Assembly (NCBI GenBank): GCA_013812065.1
Contig: JACCUC010000225.1
Location: 1 to 37,677 of the forward strand
Length of the DNA: 37,677 nt
Source: Thermoleophilaceae bacterium
Lineage (GTDB): Bacteria; Actinomycetota; Thermoleophilia; Solirubrobacterales; Thermoleophilaceae
Reading direction: 5' to 3'
Shown here: one piece after another, positions 14,890 through 23,445 of the stretch
Layout: each line of letters begins with the position of its first letter
Numbering within the stretch: the first letter of the stretch is position 1
Position numbers and translations under genes: made by a program
Notes under the pieces: model-generated
Seen by the model: only the letters and a program-made list of their open reading frames with translations
Database searches by the model: none
Told to the model about the DNA's origin: nothing

Positions 14890-14950
14890 ACGTCGCGAGC
14901 GAGCCCCGAACTCCGCCACGCCCGAGAGCGGCGTGCCGCCGAACGTCGAG

Positions 14951-17365
14951 TCAGTCGCCGGCGCCGGGCTCGCTGCTGTCCGACTCGTCCTCGGAGAAGT
15001 AGGCCTCCGTAGAGGCGTCGCTCGAAGCGGCGCCGGAGGCACTCTCGTCGGTAGCCGTGCTCGCCTCGGAGCCACCGCTAGCCGTCGCGTCCGACGAGCC
15101 ATTCGTGCTCGACGCGGCGCTATCGCTCGGGGCGGTGGCCGTGGTGGACTCAGCCTGGCCGGAGCCGTTGGCGCTCCCCGAACCCTTGGCGCTGTCCGAC
15201 CCCGTGGTCGCCGTGGAGGCCGGAGCCTCGGCGGTCGCCGTCGTGCCCGACTCGACCGACGACGAACCGTCCGCGCTCGCCGCGGAGCCGGCGTCGCCAG
15301 TGCTCCCGGCCGAGCCCGAACCGCCTTCTGTGCCCGAATCAGCACCGGTCGCGGCCTCGTCACCGCCCGCAGAAGGCTGCTCTGCGCCCTCACCGGTCGA
15401 CGGATCGGAGCCGTTCGAGCCCGTGTCCTCTGAGGTCGGGGAGCTCGTCCCGGCCCCTGCGTCGGTGGCGACGTCTCCCTCCTCCTGCGGCGCGGGTGCT
15501 TCGCCGGCGCCCGAGGACTCATCGGTGGCCAGTGCTGGCTCCTCGGAGGTGGTGTCCTCGACCTGAGGCTCCTCCTCGGTCGCCTGCGAATCGGACTCCG
15601 CAGAGCCGTCCTCCGCCGGCGTTGCCTCGCCGTCCTTCTCGGCCGCCGCCTTGGTGGCCGGAGCCTCCTCCACGACGGGCTGAGCCTCGTCGCCGGCCTG
15701 CGGCTCATCCGCGGCCTGCTGCTCACCCGCGTCCGGCTCGCTCGCCTGGGCCGCGAGCTTCTGCACGAGCGGCTCCGCGGGCTCGGACTCAGCCGTCACC
15801 GCAGCACGCTGCTCGCTCGAAGGCGCCGGGGCGGACTCGTCGCGGTCGGTGGCGATCGCTACGGCCGAGCGCTCCTGGGTTGAGGAAGCGGCCTGCGTCG
15901 GCTGCGACTCGCGCAGCTGCAGATCCGGCCCGCCGATGCCGCGGGACGACGACCCGACGGGCGTGCCCGAGAACTCGCGGCCGTCCAGGTACGGCAGCGG
16001 GTCGACGTCGTTGCGGTCGTAGGGCGCACCCGTCCGGGTCTCGAAGTGGAGGTGGGGCCCGGTGGAGTTGCCGGTGCTGCCGACGTACCCGATGACCTCC
16101 CCGGCCCGGACACGGTCGCCCATCCTCTCGTCGGAGAACCGCGAGAGGTGCGCATAGCACGTCGTGAAGCCGCTCGTCGAGTGCTTGACGCAGATGTAGT
16201 TGCCGTAGCCGTTGTTCGACGAGATGTGGTTGATTACCCCGCACGCCGCGGCGCGGATCTTGGTGCCGCTCGGCGCGGAGATGTCGACGCCCGCATGGCT
16301 CGACCTCGATCGGGTTCGCCAGCCCGAGGTGAACGTTCCCTTCCCGCTCAGCGGGTCGACCAGTTTCTGAGAGCAGGAGCCCGAGCCCTTGTCGTCGCCG
16401 TCGTCACGAGGCTTCGACTCGTCTCGCGGCTCCGGCTTGCTCTCATCCGGCTTTGGCTTGGCGGAGCCAGCTCCGGAGTCGGAGCCCTCGCGCTCTTCTT
16501 CGCCCTTCGGCGCGGTCGAACCGGCACCCGCCTCTTCGCTGCGCTTCCGCTCATCTCGGCCAGCGTCCTCACCCGAGGAACTCGAGTCGCCGGCGTCGTC
16601 CGAGCTGCGCGCGAGGGAAACCCTCGACCGCTCGGGGTTGCTCTCGTCACCGGACGGCTCGGGCTCGTCCGCGGACTCGGGAGCCCGGAACTGGATCGCC
16701 ACGAGGCCGCCGTCGCCCTCCTGGTCGGACGAGGGCGACGACTCGCTCGCGCCGAGCTTCTCGAGCTCGTCGGCGTCGAGCTCGTCCGCCGACGCCATGC
16801 GCACGGCGAACTGGGTGCGGTTTCCGACCGGAGTCTGGTCGTCGCTCTGGGCGCGGGTGGGCACGACGACCGGGCCGCTCGGGGGCGTGGCCGCCGGGCC
16901 GGTGCCGCCGCTGAACAGGGCGCCCCAGGTGTGCGGGCCGACGATGCCGTCGACGGCGAGGCCCGCGCTGCCCTGGAACTTGCGCACGGCCTGGTCGGTC
17001 CCCTGGTCGAACACGCCGTCGGCCTCGATGGCGAGCTCGCGCTGCACGGCCTTCACCGCCTCGCCCGCACTGCCCACCTGCAGCATGACCTCGGCGGCGC
17101 GATCGCCGCCGGCGATCGCACGGTTGGCGGGAGACTCTGAGGCGATTCCGGACGCGCCCGAGCCCGACCCCTCGCTTGTGGTCTGGGCGCCCGCGAACTG
17201 GGCGGCGGGGCCGGCGAGCATGGCCGCGGCCATGGCCGTGGAGGCGCCCTTGCGGCGCACGACCTGGCGGCGAAGCTTGGGGGTTACGGCGCGGCGGCGG
17301 CGCGAGCGCTCGAACGAACGCTGCCAGATCTCCGGGGCGCTCAGATCCCTGTGCAGAGCTGTCAT
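14951..17365 (-). CDS. Secreted M23 (LytM-type) peptidoglycan endopeptidase with PG_binding_1 domain and long acidic low-complexity regions
   Basis: PG-binding repeat (GSAGEAVKAVQRELAIEADGVFDQGTDQAVRKFQGSAGLAVDGIVGPHTWGAL). M23 core (HAGVDISAPSGTKIRAA...GNYICVKH...GYVGSTGNSTGPHLHFE). The C-terminal tail of roughly 320 aa is rich in S/T/G/A/D/E. Confidence 0.85.
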   Translation of the reverse strand: MTALHRDLSAPEIWQRSFERSRRRRAVTPKLRRQVVRRKGASTAMAAAMLAGPAAQFAGAQTTSEGSGSGASGIASESPANRAIAGGDRAAEVMLQVGSAGEAVKAVQRELAIEADGVFDQGTDQAVRKFQGSAGLAVDGIVGPHTWGALFSGGTGPAATPPSGPVVVPTRAQSDDQTPVGNRTQFAVRMASADELDADELEKLGASESSPSSDQEGDGGLVAIQFRAPESADEPEPSGDESNPERSRVSLARSSDDAGDSSSSGEDAGRDERKRSEEAGAGSTAPKGEEEREGSDSGAGSAKPKPDESKPEPRDESKPRDDGDDKGSGSCSQKLVDPLSGKGTFTSGWRTRSRSSHAGVDISAPSGTKIRAAACGVINHISSNNGYGNYICVKHSTSGFTTCYAHLSRFSDERMGDRVRAGEVIGYVGSTGNSTGPHLHFETRTGAPYDRNDVDPLPYLDGREFSGTPVGSSSRGIGGPDLQLRESQPTQAASSTQERSAVAIATDRDESAPAPSSEQRAAVTAESEPAEPLVQKLAAQASEPDAGEQQAADEPQAGDEAQPVVEEAPATKAAAEKDGEATPAEDGSAESDSQATEEEPQVEDTTSEEPALATDESSGAGEAPAPQEEGDVATDAGAGTSSPTSEDTGSNGSDPSTGEGAEQPSAGGDEAATGADSGTEGGSGSAGSTGDAGSAASADGSSSVESGTTATAEAPASTATTGSDSAKGSGSANGSGQAESTTATAPSDSAASSTNGSSDATASGGSEASTATDESASGAASSDASTEAYFSEDESDSSEPGAGD

Positions 17366-17384
17366 CGAGTTCGAACCCTTTCTT

Positions 17385-17530
17385 TCTCTCGGGCCTACGG
17401 GGTTAGCTGACGGGCTCGCGTGGGAAAGATCACGCTACATCGCACATCGGCGACGATTCGCCCCTGCGGCTGGAAGCCGCCACGGGTTCCCCGTTCCGCG
17501 CCCTCGGAAGAGCGCGAATTCGGCGTTGGA
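17385..17530 (-). ncRNA. Cyclic-di-AMP riboswitch (ydaO/yuaA class) in the M23 peptidase leader
   Basis: Minus-strand RNA: CGCCGAAUUC-[GCGCUC..GAGGGCGC]-GGAACGGGGAACCC-[GCGGCuuccaGCCGC]-AGGGGCGAAUC...CCCACGCGAGCCCGUCAGCUAACCCCGUAGGC. This matches the conserved ydaO blocks CGCUnAAUC, GGGGAnCCC, GGGGUGAAUC and ACCCGAAnCCGACAGCUAACCUCGUAAGC. It ends ~24 nt before the ATG at 17365. Confidence 0.8.
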
Positions 17531-17554
17531 CCGGCGGTAGGGTACATACATATT

Positions 17555-17585
17555 CGGCGGATGGTTTGAAAAACTGAATCCGCCG
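17555..17585 (-). terminator. Stem-loop CGGCGGAU-N15-AUCCGCCG followed by an A/U-rich stretch
   Basis: 8-bp perfect stem located ~125 nt downstream of the GT-C gene's stop and just upstream of the riboswitch. On the minus strand it is followed by AAUAUGUAUGUA. It could instead overlap the promoter for the riboswitch-M23 unit. Confidence 0.35.
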
Positions 17586-17710
17586 CGAAAGTTCCTGCTC
17601 TCAGGCATGTTTCCTGCCAGCGCAAGATCCCGCCCGGCGGTCGCGCCGGCCGGTCTGGGTGGTTCAGCACGGCAGCGCGGTCGCCCCAAGGCGCGCACGC
17701 GAAGCGAAGC

Positions 17711-19579
17711 TCAGCCGCCGCGACAGAGCTCGCGCCGGGCGGCCACCGGGTCCGAGGGGACACGCAGCGCATGCAGCTCGATCGCCGCGCCCAGGTTGGC
17801 GACGAACCGGGCCGGAGTGAGCGGCGCGTTGATCGCGTCCATCAGGCGTGCGAGCTCTCCGCACCGCAGCGCGGCCCGCGCGGCGGGAATGCGCGGGTTC
17901 GAGCGGAAGCGCGGGCTCGCCCGCACCGACGCCGGGTCGGCGAAGCGACCGAGGAACCAGGCCGCGGGAAGCAGCTTCTCGTGCCCGGCGCGACCCGGGC
18001 GGTCGGGGTCGAGGCGCAGCCGCGCGGCGACGGGATCTGCGAGCCCGAGGCGGTCGGCGATCCTCACCTCGGGGCCGGCGGCGTAGCCGAGCCGCCCGAT
18101 CGAGCCGGTGAAGATGACCACCGGTGCGGTGACCGACCGGTCCGCGCGCACGTCGAGCGCCGACGGGACCTGCACCGGGACGATCCCGTCGGGAGCGCGC
18201 CGGCTCGAAACGCGGGCGTCGAGCGAGAGGACCGCTCTCCCCGGCCGCGCCAGCGCCCGCGCCGCGTAGCCGACGCTCGGCTGGGAGAGCGGCAGAGCAT
18301 CGTGGTCGGCGAGCGTGACCGGGTGAGGATGCGAGGGCGTGTCGCGCTGCTTGGCCCGCTGGTCGAGGATCTGCCAGCGCCCGGCCTCGGGACCGAACTG
18401 CGAGGGCGTCCGGAGCGCGAGTGCGCACACCCCCGCCCACACGACCACGACCGCGGTCAGACCAACCGCGGCCGCCCGGCGCCGCGGCAACGCCACGATC
18501 GCCACCGGCATGACCGCGGCGAACAGGCCCGGGAGCAGCATGCGGCCGTGCATGTAGTCGCCGCCGAGGCGGACGACGTAGAGGGTGTGCAGAAGCGCTC
18601 CGGCGACCGGCGCCGCGGCGAGCGCGGCAGCCCGGCGGCGGCCCTCCCGCCACGCGGGCCCGACTAGTCGCCACCATCGCCAGCCGAGCGCCGCGAGCGG
18701 CAGCGGGAGCGCGTAGGGCAGCACGAGGTTGCCCAGGTAGCCGACCCCCCGCTCCCAGTAGGGCAGCCCCGCCTCCTTGGCGAGCGCGGTGCCCGGCACG
18801 AGCGCGGCGAAGTAGCCCATGCGGAAGACCAGGTAGATGAGCGGAAGGGCGATCGCCGTGGCCACGAGCCCCACCGCGCGGCGGCGTGCCGGACGGGCGA
18901 GCAGGAGCAGAGCGACCAGGAAGCAGGCCGAGAAGGGGGCGAGGTCGGGCCGGACGAGCGGGCCGAGGCCGCTGAGGACGGCGAGGGCGAGCGAGCGGCG
19001 GTGCGGGCGGGACGGGGCGACCGGGCTCTCCTCGGCCCGAACGAGCCCGGTCAGTCCCAGGAACGCAGCCCCGAGCCACGCGAACACGAGACTCGTCTCG
19101 AGGCCCGAGGTGACGAACCCCCAAAAGGCCGGCACCGCCGCCACGACGAGCGCTCCGAGCGGCAGCAGCGTCGCCGCCGCGCGACCCGGGGCGAGCGCGC
19201 GCTGCAGGCGAAGGGCGCCGGCGCACGCCGCCAGCAGCCCGGCTGCCGACAGCGCCACGCCGAGCACGACCGAGATCCCCTCGAGGCCGGCGAACGGCAG
19301 CAGGCCGCCGACGACGGCGAGCAGCGCGAGCCACGCCGGGCTCGTATAGGCCTCGATCCGCTCCCCCGCGTTGAACACCGGGCCGTCGCCGGAGAGCAGG
19401 TTCTCGACGACGCGGAAGTAGATGAAGCCGTCCTCGTTGACCCAGCGCAGCTCCCAGCCGACGAGCACGAGGATCGCGACCGGCACGATCGCCAGCACGA
19501 GCGCCGGGTCGGTTCGGCGCAGCCGCTCGCGCAGCCTCAGCCGCGCCGGCCGCGCGGGCGGGGAGACCACCATGGACAC
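17711..19579 (-). CDS. Polytopic membrane protein, GT-C-like glycosyltransferase (arabinosyl/mannosyltransferase-like)
   Basis: 622 aa with more than 10 predicted TM helices. The N-terminal block WVNEDGFIYFRVVENLLSGDGPVFNAGERIEAYTSPAW resembles the D-D/E-x loop of GT-C enzymes. The family assignment is from memory only. Confidence 0.5.
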   Translation of the reverse strand: MSMVVSPPARPARLRLRERLRRTDPALVLAIVPVAILVLVGWELRWVNEDGFIYFRVVENLLSGDGPVFNAGERIEAYTSPAWLALLAVVGGLLPFAGLEGISVVLGVALSAAGLLAACAGALRLQRALAPGRAAATLLPLGALVVAAVPAFWGFVTSGLETSLVFAWLGAAFLGLTGLVRAEESPVAPSRPHRRSLALAVLSGLGPLVRPDLAPFSACFLVALLLLARPARRRAVGLVATAIALPLIYLVFRMGYFAALVPGTALAKEAGLPYWERGVGYLGNLVLPYALPLPLAALGWRWWRLVGPAWREGRRRAAALAAAPVAGALLHTLYVVRLGGDYMHGRMLLPGLFAAVMPVAIVALPRRRAAAVGLTAVVVVWAGVCALALRTPSQFGPEAGRWQILDQRAKQRDTPSHPHPVTLADHDALPLSQPSVGYAARALARPGRAVLSLDARVSSRRAPDGIVPVQVPSALDVRADRSVTAPVVIFTGSIGRLGYAAGPEVRIADRLGLADPVAARLRLDPDRPGRAGHEKLLPAAWFLGRFADPASVRASPRFRSNPRIPAARAALRCGELARLMDAINAPLTPARFVANLGAAIELHALRVPSDPVAARRELCRGG

Positions 19580-19691
19580 CCCTCCTGCTTACCAGATCGC
19601 GATCGGCCCGCCCGCGGCTCTCCTTCGGAGCTTGGTGGTTCCCTCCGGACCGACGTGGGCGACGAGCACGACCGTCACGCCCGAGGACCGC

Positions 19692-19874
19692 TCAGGACTC
19701 GCCCTCCCCGCTCTCGTCGCGCTCCGACCCCGCCTCTCTTCCCGACCCGTCCTCATCCTCGTCCCGCGGCACGAAGAAGCGCGCCTTCGAGTTGCCGACC
19801 TGCGGCTCGCTCGGATCGACGGGAGGGTTCTCGTCGAATGCTGCACTCTCGCTCTGCTCTTGCTCCTCTGCCAT
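19692..19874 (-). CDS. Small acidic hypothetical protein
   Basis: MAEEQEQSESAAFDENPPVDPSEPQVGNSKARFFVPRDEDEDGSGREAGSERDESGEGES. Third-position GC bias is coding-like, and it lies directly upstream of the GT-C gene on the same strand. No homology recognised. Confidence 0.35.
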   Translation of the reverse strand: MAEEQEQSESAAFDENPPVDPSEPQVGNSKARFFVPRDEDEDGSGREAGSERDESGEGES

Positions 19875-19983
19875 GCCGCGACCTCCCCGGCTTCGCTCGC
19901 CTGCCAGCGTCAACTTACCGCTTCCACCCCGCCGCTATTTCGAGTCTGGGTTCGGCGAATCGGGGCGCGGGTAGGACCGCGGC

Positions 19984-20886
19984 GTGGAGGTGTACCGCAC
20001 TCCGGAGGAGCGCTTCTCCGACCTCCCGGGCTTTGACTACGAGCCGCGCTACCGCGAATGGGACGGGATGCGGCTCGCTCACGTCGACGAGGGCGAGGGC
20101 GCTCCGGTGGTCATGCTCCACGGCGAGCCGACCTGGTCATACCTCTACCGCAAGGTGATGGGCCGGGTGCTCGAGGCGGGGCACCGCTGCGTGGTTCCCG
20201 ACCTGCCGGGCTTTGGTCGCTCCGACAAGCCGGTCGACGACGGCTGGTACTCCTACGACAACCACACCCGAGCGATCTCTTCGCTGTTCGAGGAGCTCGA
20301 CCTGCGCGACGTCACGCTCGTGGTCCAGGACTGGGGCGGCCCGATCGGGCTGCGCGTGGCCACCCTCGAGCTGCCCGAGCGCGTGGCCCGAATCGTTGCC
20401 ATGGACACCGGCGTCTTCACCGGCCGTCAACAGATGAGCGAGGGATGGCACCGCTTCGCGGCCTTCGTCGAGCGCGCGCCCGACGTGCCGATCGGCCGCC
20501 TCATCGTCGGCGCCTGCAAGCAGGAGCCCCCCGCCGAGGTGGTGGCCGCCTACGAGGCGCCCTTCCCCGACGAGCGCTCGAAGGCGGGTCCGCGGACCTT
20601 TCCGCCGATGATCCCGCTGTCGCCCCAGGAGCCCGGGGCGGCGGAGGGACAGGCCGTCGCCGAGGCGATGTCCCGGGATCGCCGCCCCTCTCTGCTCATG
20701 TGGGCCGATTCCGACCCGACCCTGCCGCTCGAGTCCGTTGGCCGCCAGATCCAGGAGCTCTTTCCCACCGCCGACGAGCTCACGGTTATCGACGACGCGA
20801 GCCACTACCTCCAGGAGGACCAGGGCGAGCAGATCGGCGCTCTGATCGCCGACTGGCTCGGGACCCAGGCGCGGCGCCGCCCCTAG
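19984..20886 (+). CDS. Haloalkane dehalogenase (alpha/beta hydrolase, HLD-I-like)
   Basis: RTPEERFSDLPGFDYEPRY...LAHVDEGEGAPVVMLHGEPTWSYLYRKVM...VPDLPGFGRSDKP...VVQDWGGPIGL (nucleophile Asp in DWGG). 300 aa. Confidence 0.8.
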   Translation: MEVYRTPEERFSDLPGFDYEPRYREWDGMRLAHVDEGEGAPVVMLHGEPTWSYLYRKVMGRVLEAGHRCVVPDLPGFGRSDKPVDDGWYSYDNHTRAISSLFEELDLRDVTLVVQDWGGPIGLRVATLELPERVARIVAMDTGVFTGRQQMSEGWHRFAAFVERAPDVPIGRLIVGACKQEPPAEVVAAYEAPFPDERSKAGPRTFPPMIPLSPQEPGAAEGQAVAEAMSRDRRPSLLMWADSDPTLPLESVGRQIQELFPTADELTVIDDASHYLQEDQGEQIGALIADWLGTQARRRP

Positions 20887-22052
20887 TCCCGACGCTCGTC
20901 GAGCAGCGCGGCCACGAGCGCCAGCGCGACCTCGGCACGCGAGCGCAGCGAAGCCTGGAGGACGAACTCCTCGGGAGCGTGGGCGCCACCGCCGCGAGGG
21001 CCGAGGCCATCCACGGTCAGATCTATCCGCGTCGCCACGTGACTCGCGTCGCTCGCCCCGCCGCGCTCGACGCCCACGACCGGACGGCCGAGGCGCTCGG
21101 AGCCCGCGGCGAGAAGTCCCGTGGTCGCCGCGCGGGCGTCCATCCCTGGCCACCGGCGCACGAGCTCGGCCTCGAGCTCCACCCCGCCGACCTCGCCGGC
21201 AAGCGCATCGACGACCGGCTCGATGGCGTCGAGGCGCTCCGCGCGCAGGTCGCAGAAGAGCTCGCCCGAGGCCGGCACCACGTTGAACGCCTCGCCCGAG
21301 CGCAGGATGGTCGGAACGGCGCTCAGCCGGTCGGGGCCCTGGGGGTCGTGCAAGGCGGCGATCCGCTCCGCGGCCGCGGCGAGCGCGAGCAGAGCGTTGC
21401 GACCGCGGTCAGGGGCCGATCCCGAGTGCGCCGAGGCGCCGCGGCCCTCGACCCGCAGCGTGCCGGCGGCCTTGCGACGCACGACCACCCCCTCCTCTCC
21501 GTTCGGCCCGCGCTCGCCGGCCTCGAAGCACAGGCAGGCGTCGAAGCCGGCGAACCGGTCGGCGTGGGAGAAGCGATGGCGCCGCCACTCCTCGTCGTTG
21601 ACGAGCAGGAGCGCGGCCTCGGCGAAGCGCGGGGGTGAGCCGGCAGCGGATTCGATTGCGGGTGTCCCGGCCAGCGCGCGCATGACGCCGAGGGCGAGCG
21701 CCACCCCGCCCTTCATGTCGATCGTGCCGGAGCCCTCAAGGCGCCCGTCCCGCCGGGTGAGCGCCCTGTGCGCCGCGTGCGAGACGACGGTGTCGAGATG
21801 CCCGAGGAGGAGCAACCGCCGCGCTCCGTCGCCGCGCATGCGGGCCAAGAGGTCCGGCGCGTATCCGGGCGACGAGCAGGGTAGCCGCTCGACCTCGATC
21901 GGCGCGGGAAGCAGCGCCGCCGCGACGGCCACGGCCTCCTCAGCCCCCTTGACGTCCCCCGAGGGAGACGAGACGCCGACGAGGGCTTCGAGCTCCGCTT
22001 CGGCGCGAACCGCGATGGCGGGCGCCGCCCGGGCCACCCAGGGATCGGTCAT
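20883..22052 (-). CDS. M20-family metallopeptidase (carboxypeptidase G2 / ArgE / DapE-like)
   Basis: I chose the start at ATG 22052 (MTDPWVARAAPAI...). Motifs: LLLLGHLDTV, NDEEWR, GGASDAS. The 74 upstream codons in the track ORF are Arg-rich and run towards the neighbouring gene. Confidence 0.8.
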   Translation of the reverse strand: MTDPWVARAAPAIAVRAEAELEALVGVSSPSGDVKGAEEAVAVAAALLPAPIEVERLPCSSPGYAPDLLARMRGDGARRLLLLGHLDTVVSHAAHRALTRRDGRLEGSGTIDMKGGVALALGVMRALAGTPAIESAAGSPPRFAEAALLLVNDEEWRRHRFSHADRFAGFDACLCFEAGERGPNGEEGVVVRRKAAGTLRVEGRGASAHSGSAPDRGRNALLALAAAAERIAALHDPQGPDRLSAVPTILRSGEAFNVVPASGELFCDLRAERLDAIEPVVDALAGEVGGVELEAELVRRWPGMDARAATTGLLAAGSERLGRPVVGVERGGASDASHVATRIDLTVDGLGPRGGGAHAPEEFVLQASLRSRAEVALALVAALLDERRD

Positions 22053-22084
22053 CGACCGATCGCGCCCGCGACGAGACGTACCAT
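22049..22084 (-). CDS. Candidate 11-codon leader uORF (MVRLVAGAIGR) coupled to the M20 gene
   Basis: GGAGGAAGGG lies 7 nt upstream of this ATG but 38 nt upstream of the M20 ATG. The uORF's TGA overlaps the M20 ATG (ATGA at 22049-22052). Confidence 0.25.
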   Translation of the reverse strand: MVRLVAGAIGR

Positions 22085-22195
22085 CGAGACCCTTCCTCCT
22101 GTCCTGCGTTGGCCGCGCAGACCGTAGTCGAGCGGCCGCCCGGCGTGCGCCGGTCCGTCGCTCGCCCCGGGGGACTAACGAACCGCTGGGGAGGT

Positions 22196-23203
22196 CTACG
22201 AGTAGGCGTCCCAGCGCTTGAGGGCCGACAGCGGGTCGATGCGATGGCCGCCGTCGAACCAGTGCGCCGTCCACATCTCGAAGTGCAGGTGCGGGCCGGT
22301 GGAGGACCCGGTCGAACCGACGCGACCGATCTGTTGCCCGACCCGAACGCGCTGACCCGGCTTCACCCAGGACGACGCCGACTCGCGCATGTGCATGTAG
22401 ACGTAGTCGTACCGGTCGTCGCCCTGGATCACGACGTAGTAGCCGCCCCCGCCGGCCTGATATCGCACCTGGGAGACCCGGCCGTTCGTCACTGCCACGA
22501 GCGGCGTGCCCGAGGCGGCGGACATGTCCTGCCCGCCGTGGCTATGGCCGCTGCGGGGCGCGCCGAAGCGAGAGCCGGAGCCCCCGTAGGAGTGCGAGCC
22601 GCGGATCGGGAAGACGTGGTCGCGCGAGGACTGGCCGTGCCCGGCTCGGCGGGCGATCACCGATTGCTCGGTGAGGCTGACTACGCCGTTCGCCCGAAGG
22701 CCGGTAGTGCGCTCGTAGCGGATCATGTCGCGCTTCGTGCGGCTGGTGAACATCCCGTAGCGCGGGGTTGGGTACCCCAGTCTGGTCACGAGGCGCTGGA
22801 GGGTCAGGACGTCGCCGCCTCGGAGCCCCTCGGACAGGGTGCGCTCGCCGAAGTCGTAGGAGCGTGTCGAGGGGCCGCCGTTCATGCGGTCGCGGCGCTC
22901 CTGCGCCCGCCGCACGATCGTCCTGCCCTCGGAGGGACCGATCTCCCCATTCACCCTCAGGCCCGTGGTCCGCTCGTAGTTGAGCATGTCGCTCTTGGTG
23001 CGGCTGGTGAACGTCCCGGTGCGCGACGTGGGGTAGCCGAGCTCCGTCACGAGCCGCTGGAGCTGCATCACGTCGTCTCCGCTCATGCCCTGTCGCAGGG
23101 TGCGGTCCCCGAGCGCGGCCATCGCGGCGCTCGCGAGGACGAGCAAGCCTGCGAGCACGGCGGCCAGGGGAAGGAGAGTACGGGTAAGGCTGGAAGATCT
23201 CAT
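22196..23203 (-). CDS. Secreted M23 peptidase with two PG_binding_1 repeats
   Basis: Signal peptide. Two copies of L.QGM/LRGGDV..LQRLVT.LGYPT...FTSRTK.DM..YERTTGLR.NG. M23 core (GGQDMSAASGTPLVAV...GRVGSTGSSTGPHLHFE). Confidence 0.85.
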   Translation of the reverse strand: MRSSSLTRTLLPLAAVLAGLLVLASAAMAALGDRTLRQGMSGDDVMQLQRLVTELGYPTSRTGTFTSRTKSDMLNYERTTGLRVNGEIGPSEGRTIVRRAQERRDRMNGGPSTRSYDFGERTLSEGLRGGDVLTLQRLVTRLGYPTPRYGMFTSRTKRDMIRYERTTGLRANGVVSLTEQSVIARRAGHGQSSRDHVFPIRGSHSYGGSGSRFGAPRSGHSHGGQDMSAASGTPLVAVTNGRVSQVRYQAGGGGYYVVIQGDDRYDYVYMHMRESASSWVKPGQRVRVGQQIGRVGSTGSSTGPHLHFEMWTAHWFDGGHRIDPLSALKRWDAYS

Positions 23204-23445
23204 GTTGCGCTGACTCCGTTCAGTCGCTCGATTCCGTTCGCATCGTCAGGTTCGAAGGTCGCTTGAGAGATGCAAGGCCCGTGGCGGACGAAATTCGCCC
23301 CTACCGGGCAACCGGGCGTTGGTCGCGCCGGGCGCCCCGGATCGGCCGGGTGCCTGGAGCGGCGCTTGGCGGCCCGTAACCGTCACGAGCGCTCAGAGTT
23401 GCGCTTCCGGCGCAGCGCGGATGGCAGCAAGCGCGGGCGACGACC

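Noticed and set aside
14890-14950. A possible bidirectional terminator between the convergent copA and M23 genes (CACGCC-N7-GGCGTG, 14917-14935).
   Set aside because: It has only a 6-bp stem and no T/U tract on either strand, which is too weak to call as a feature.
14833-17540. Several 100-380-aa ORFs in other frames or on the other strand across the M23 gene (for example 14833-15726 on the minus strand, 15057-15566 on the plus strand, and 16046-17140 and 16389-17540 on the plus strand).
   Set aside because: They are by-products of the compositionally biased, low-complexity coding region. Only the 14951-17365 frame contains the PG-binding and M23 domains and a sensible N-terminus.
17664-21638. 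Long alternative-frame ORFs: 17664-19334 on the minus strand (556 aa), 19001-20158 on the plus strand (385 aa), 20058-21638 on the plus strand (526 aa) and 20137-21153 on the minus strand (338 aa).
   Set aside because: Their composition is Arg/Pro/Gly-dominated with no motifs. They overlap the GT-C-like, dehalogenase and M20 genes, which have clear family signatures.
22053-22274. A 74-codon N-terminal extension of the M20 ORF, which would overlap the 3' end of the second M23 gene.
   Set aside because: The extension is Arg-rich and unrecognisable, and it creates a gene overlap. ATG 22052 begins a typical M20 N-terminus.
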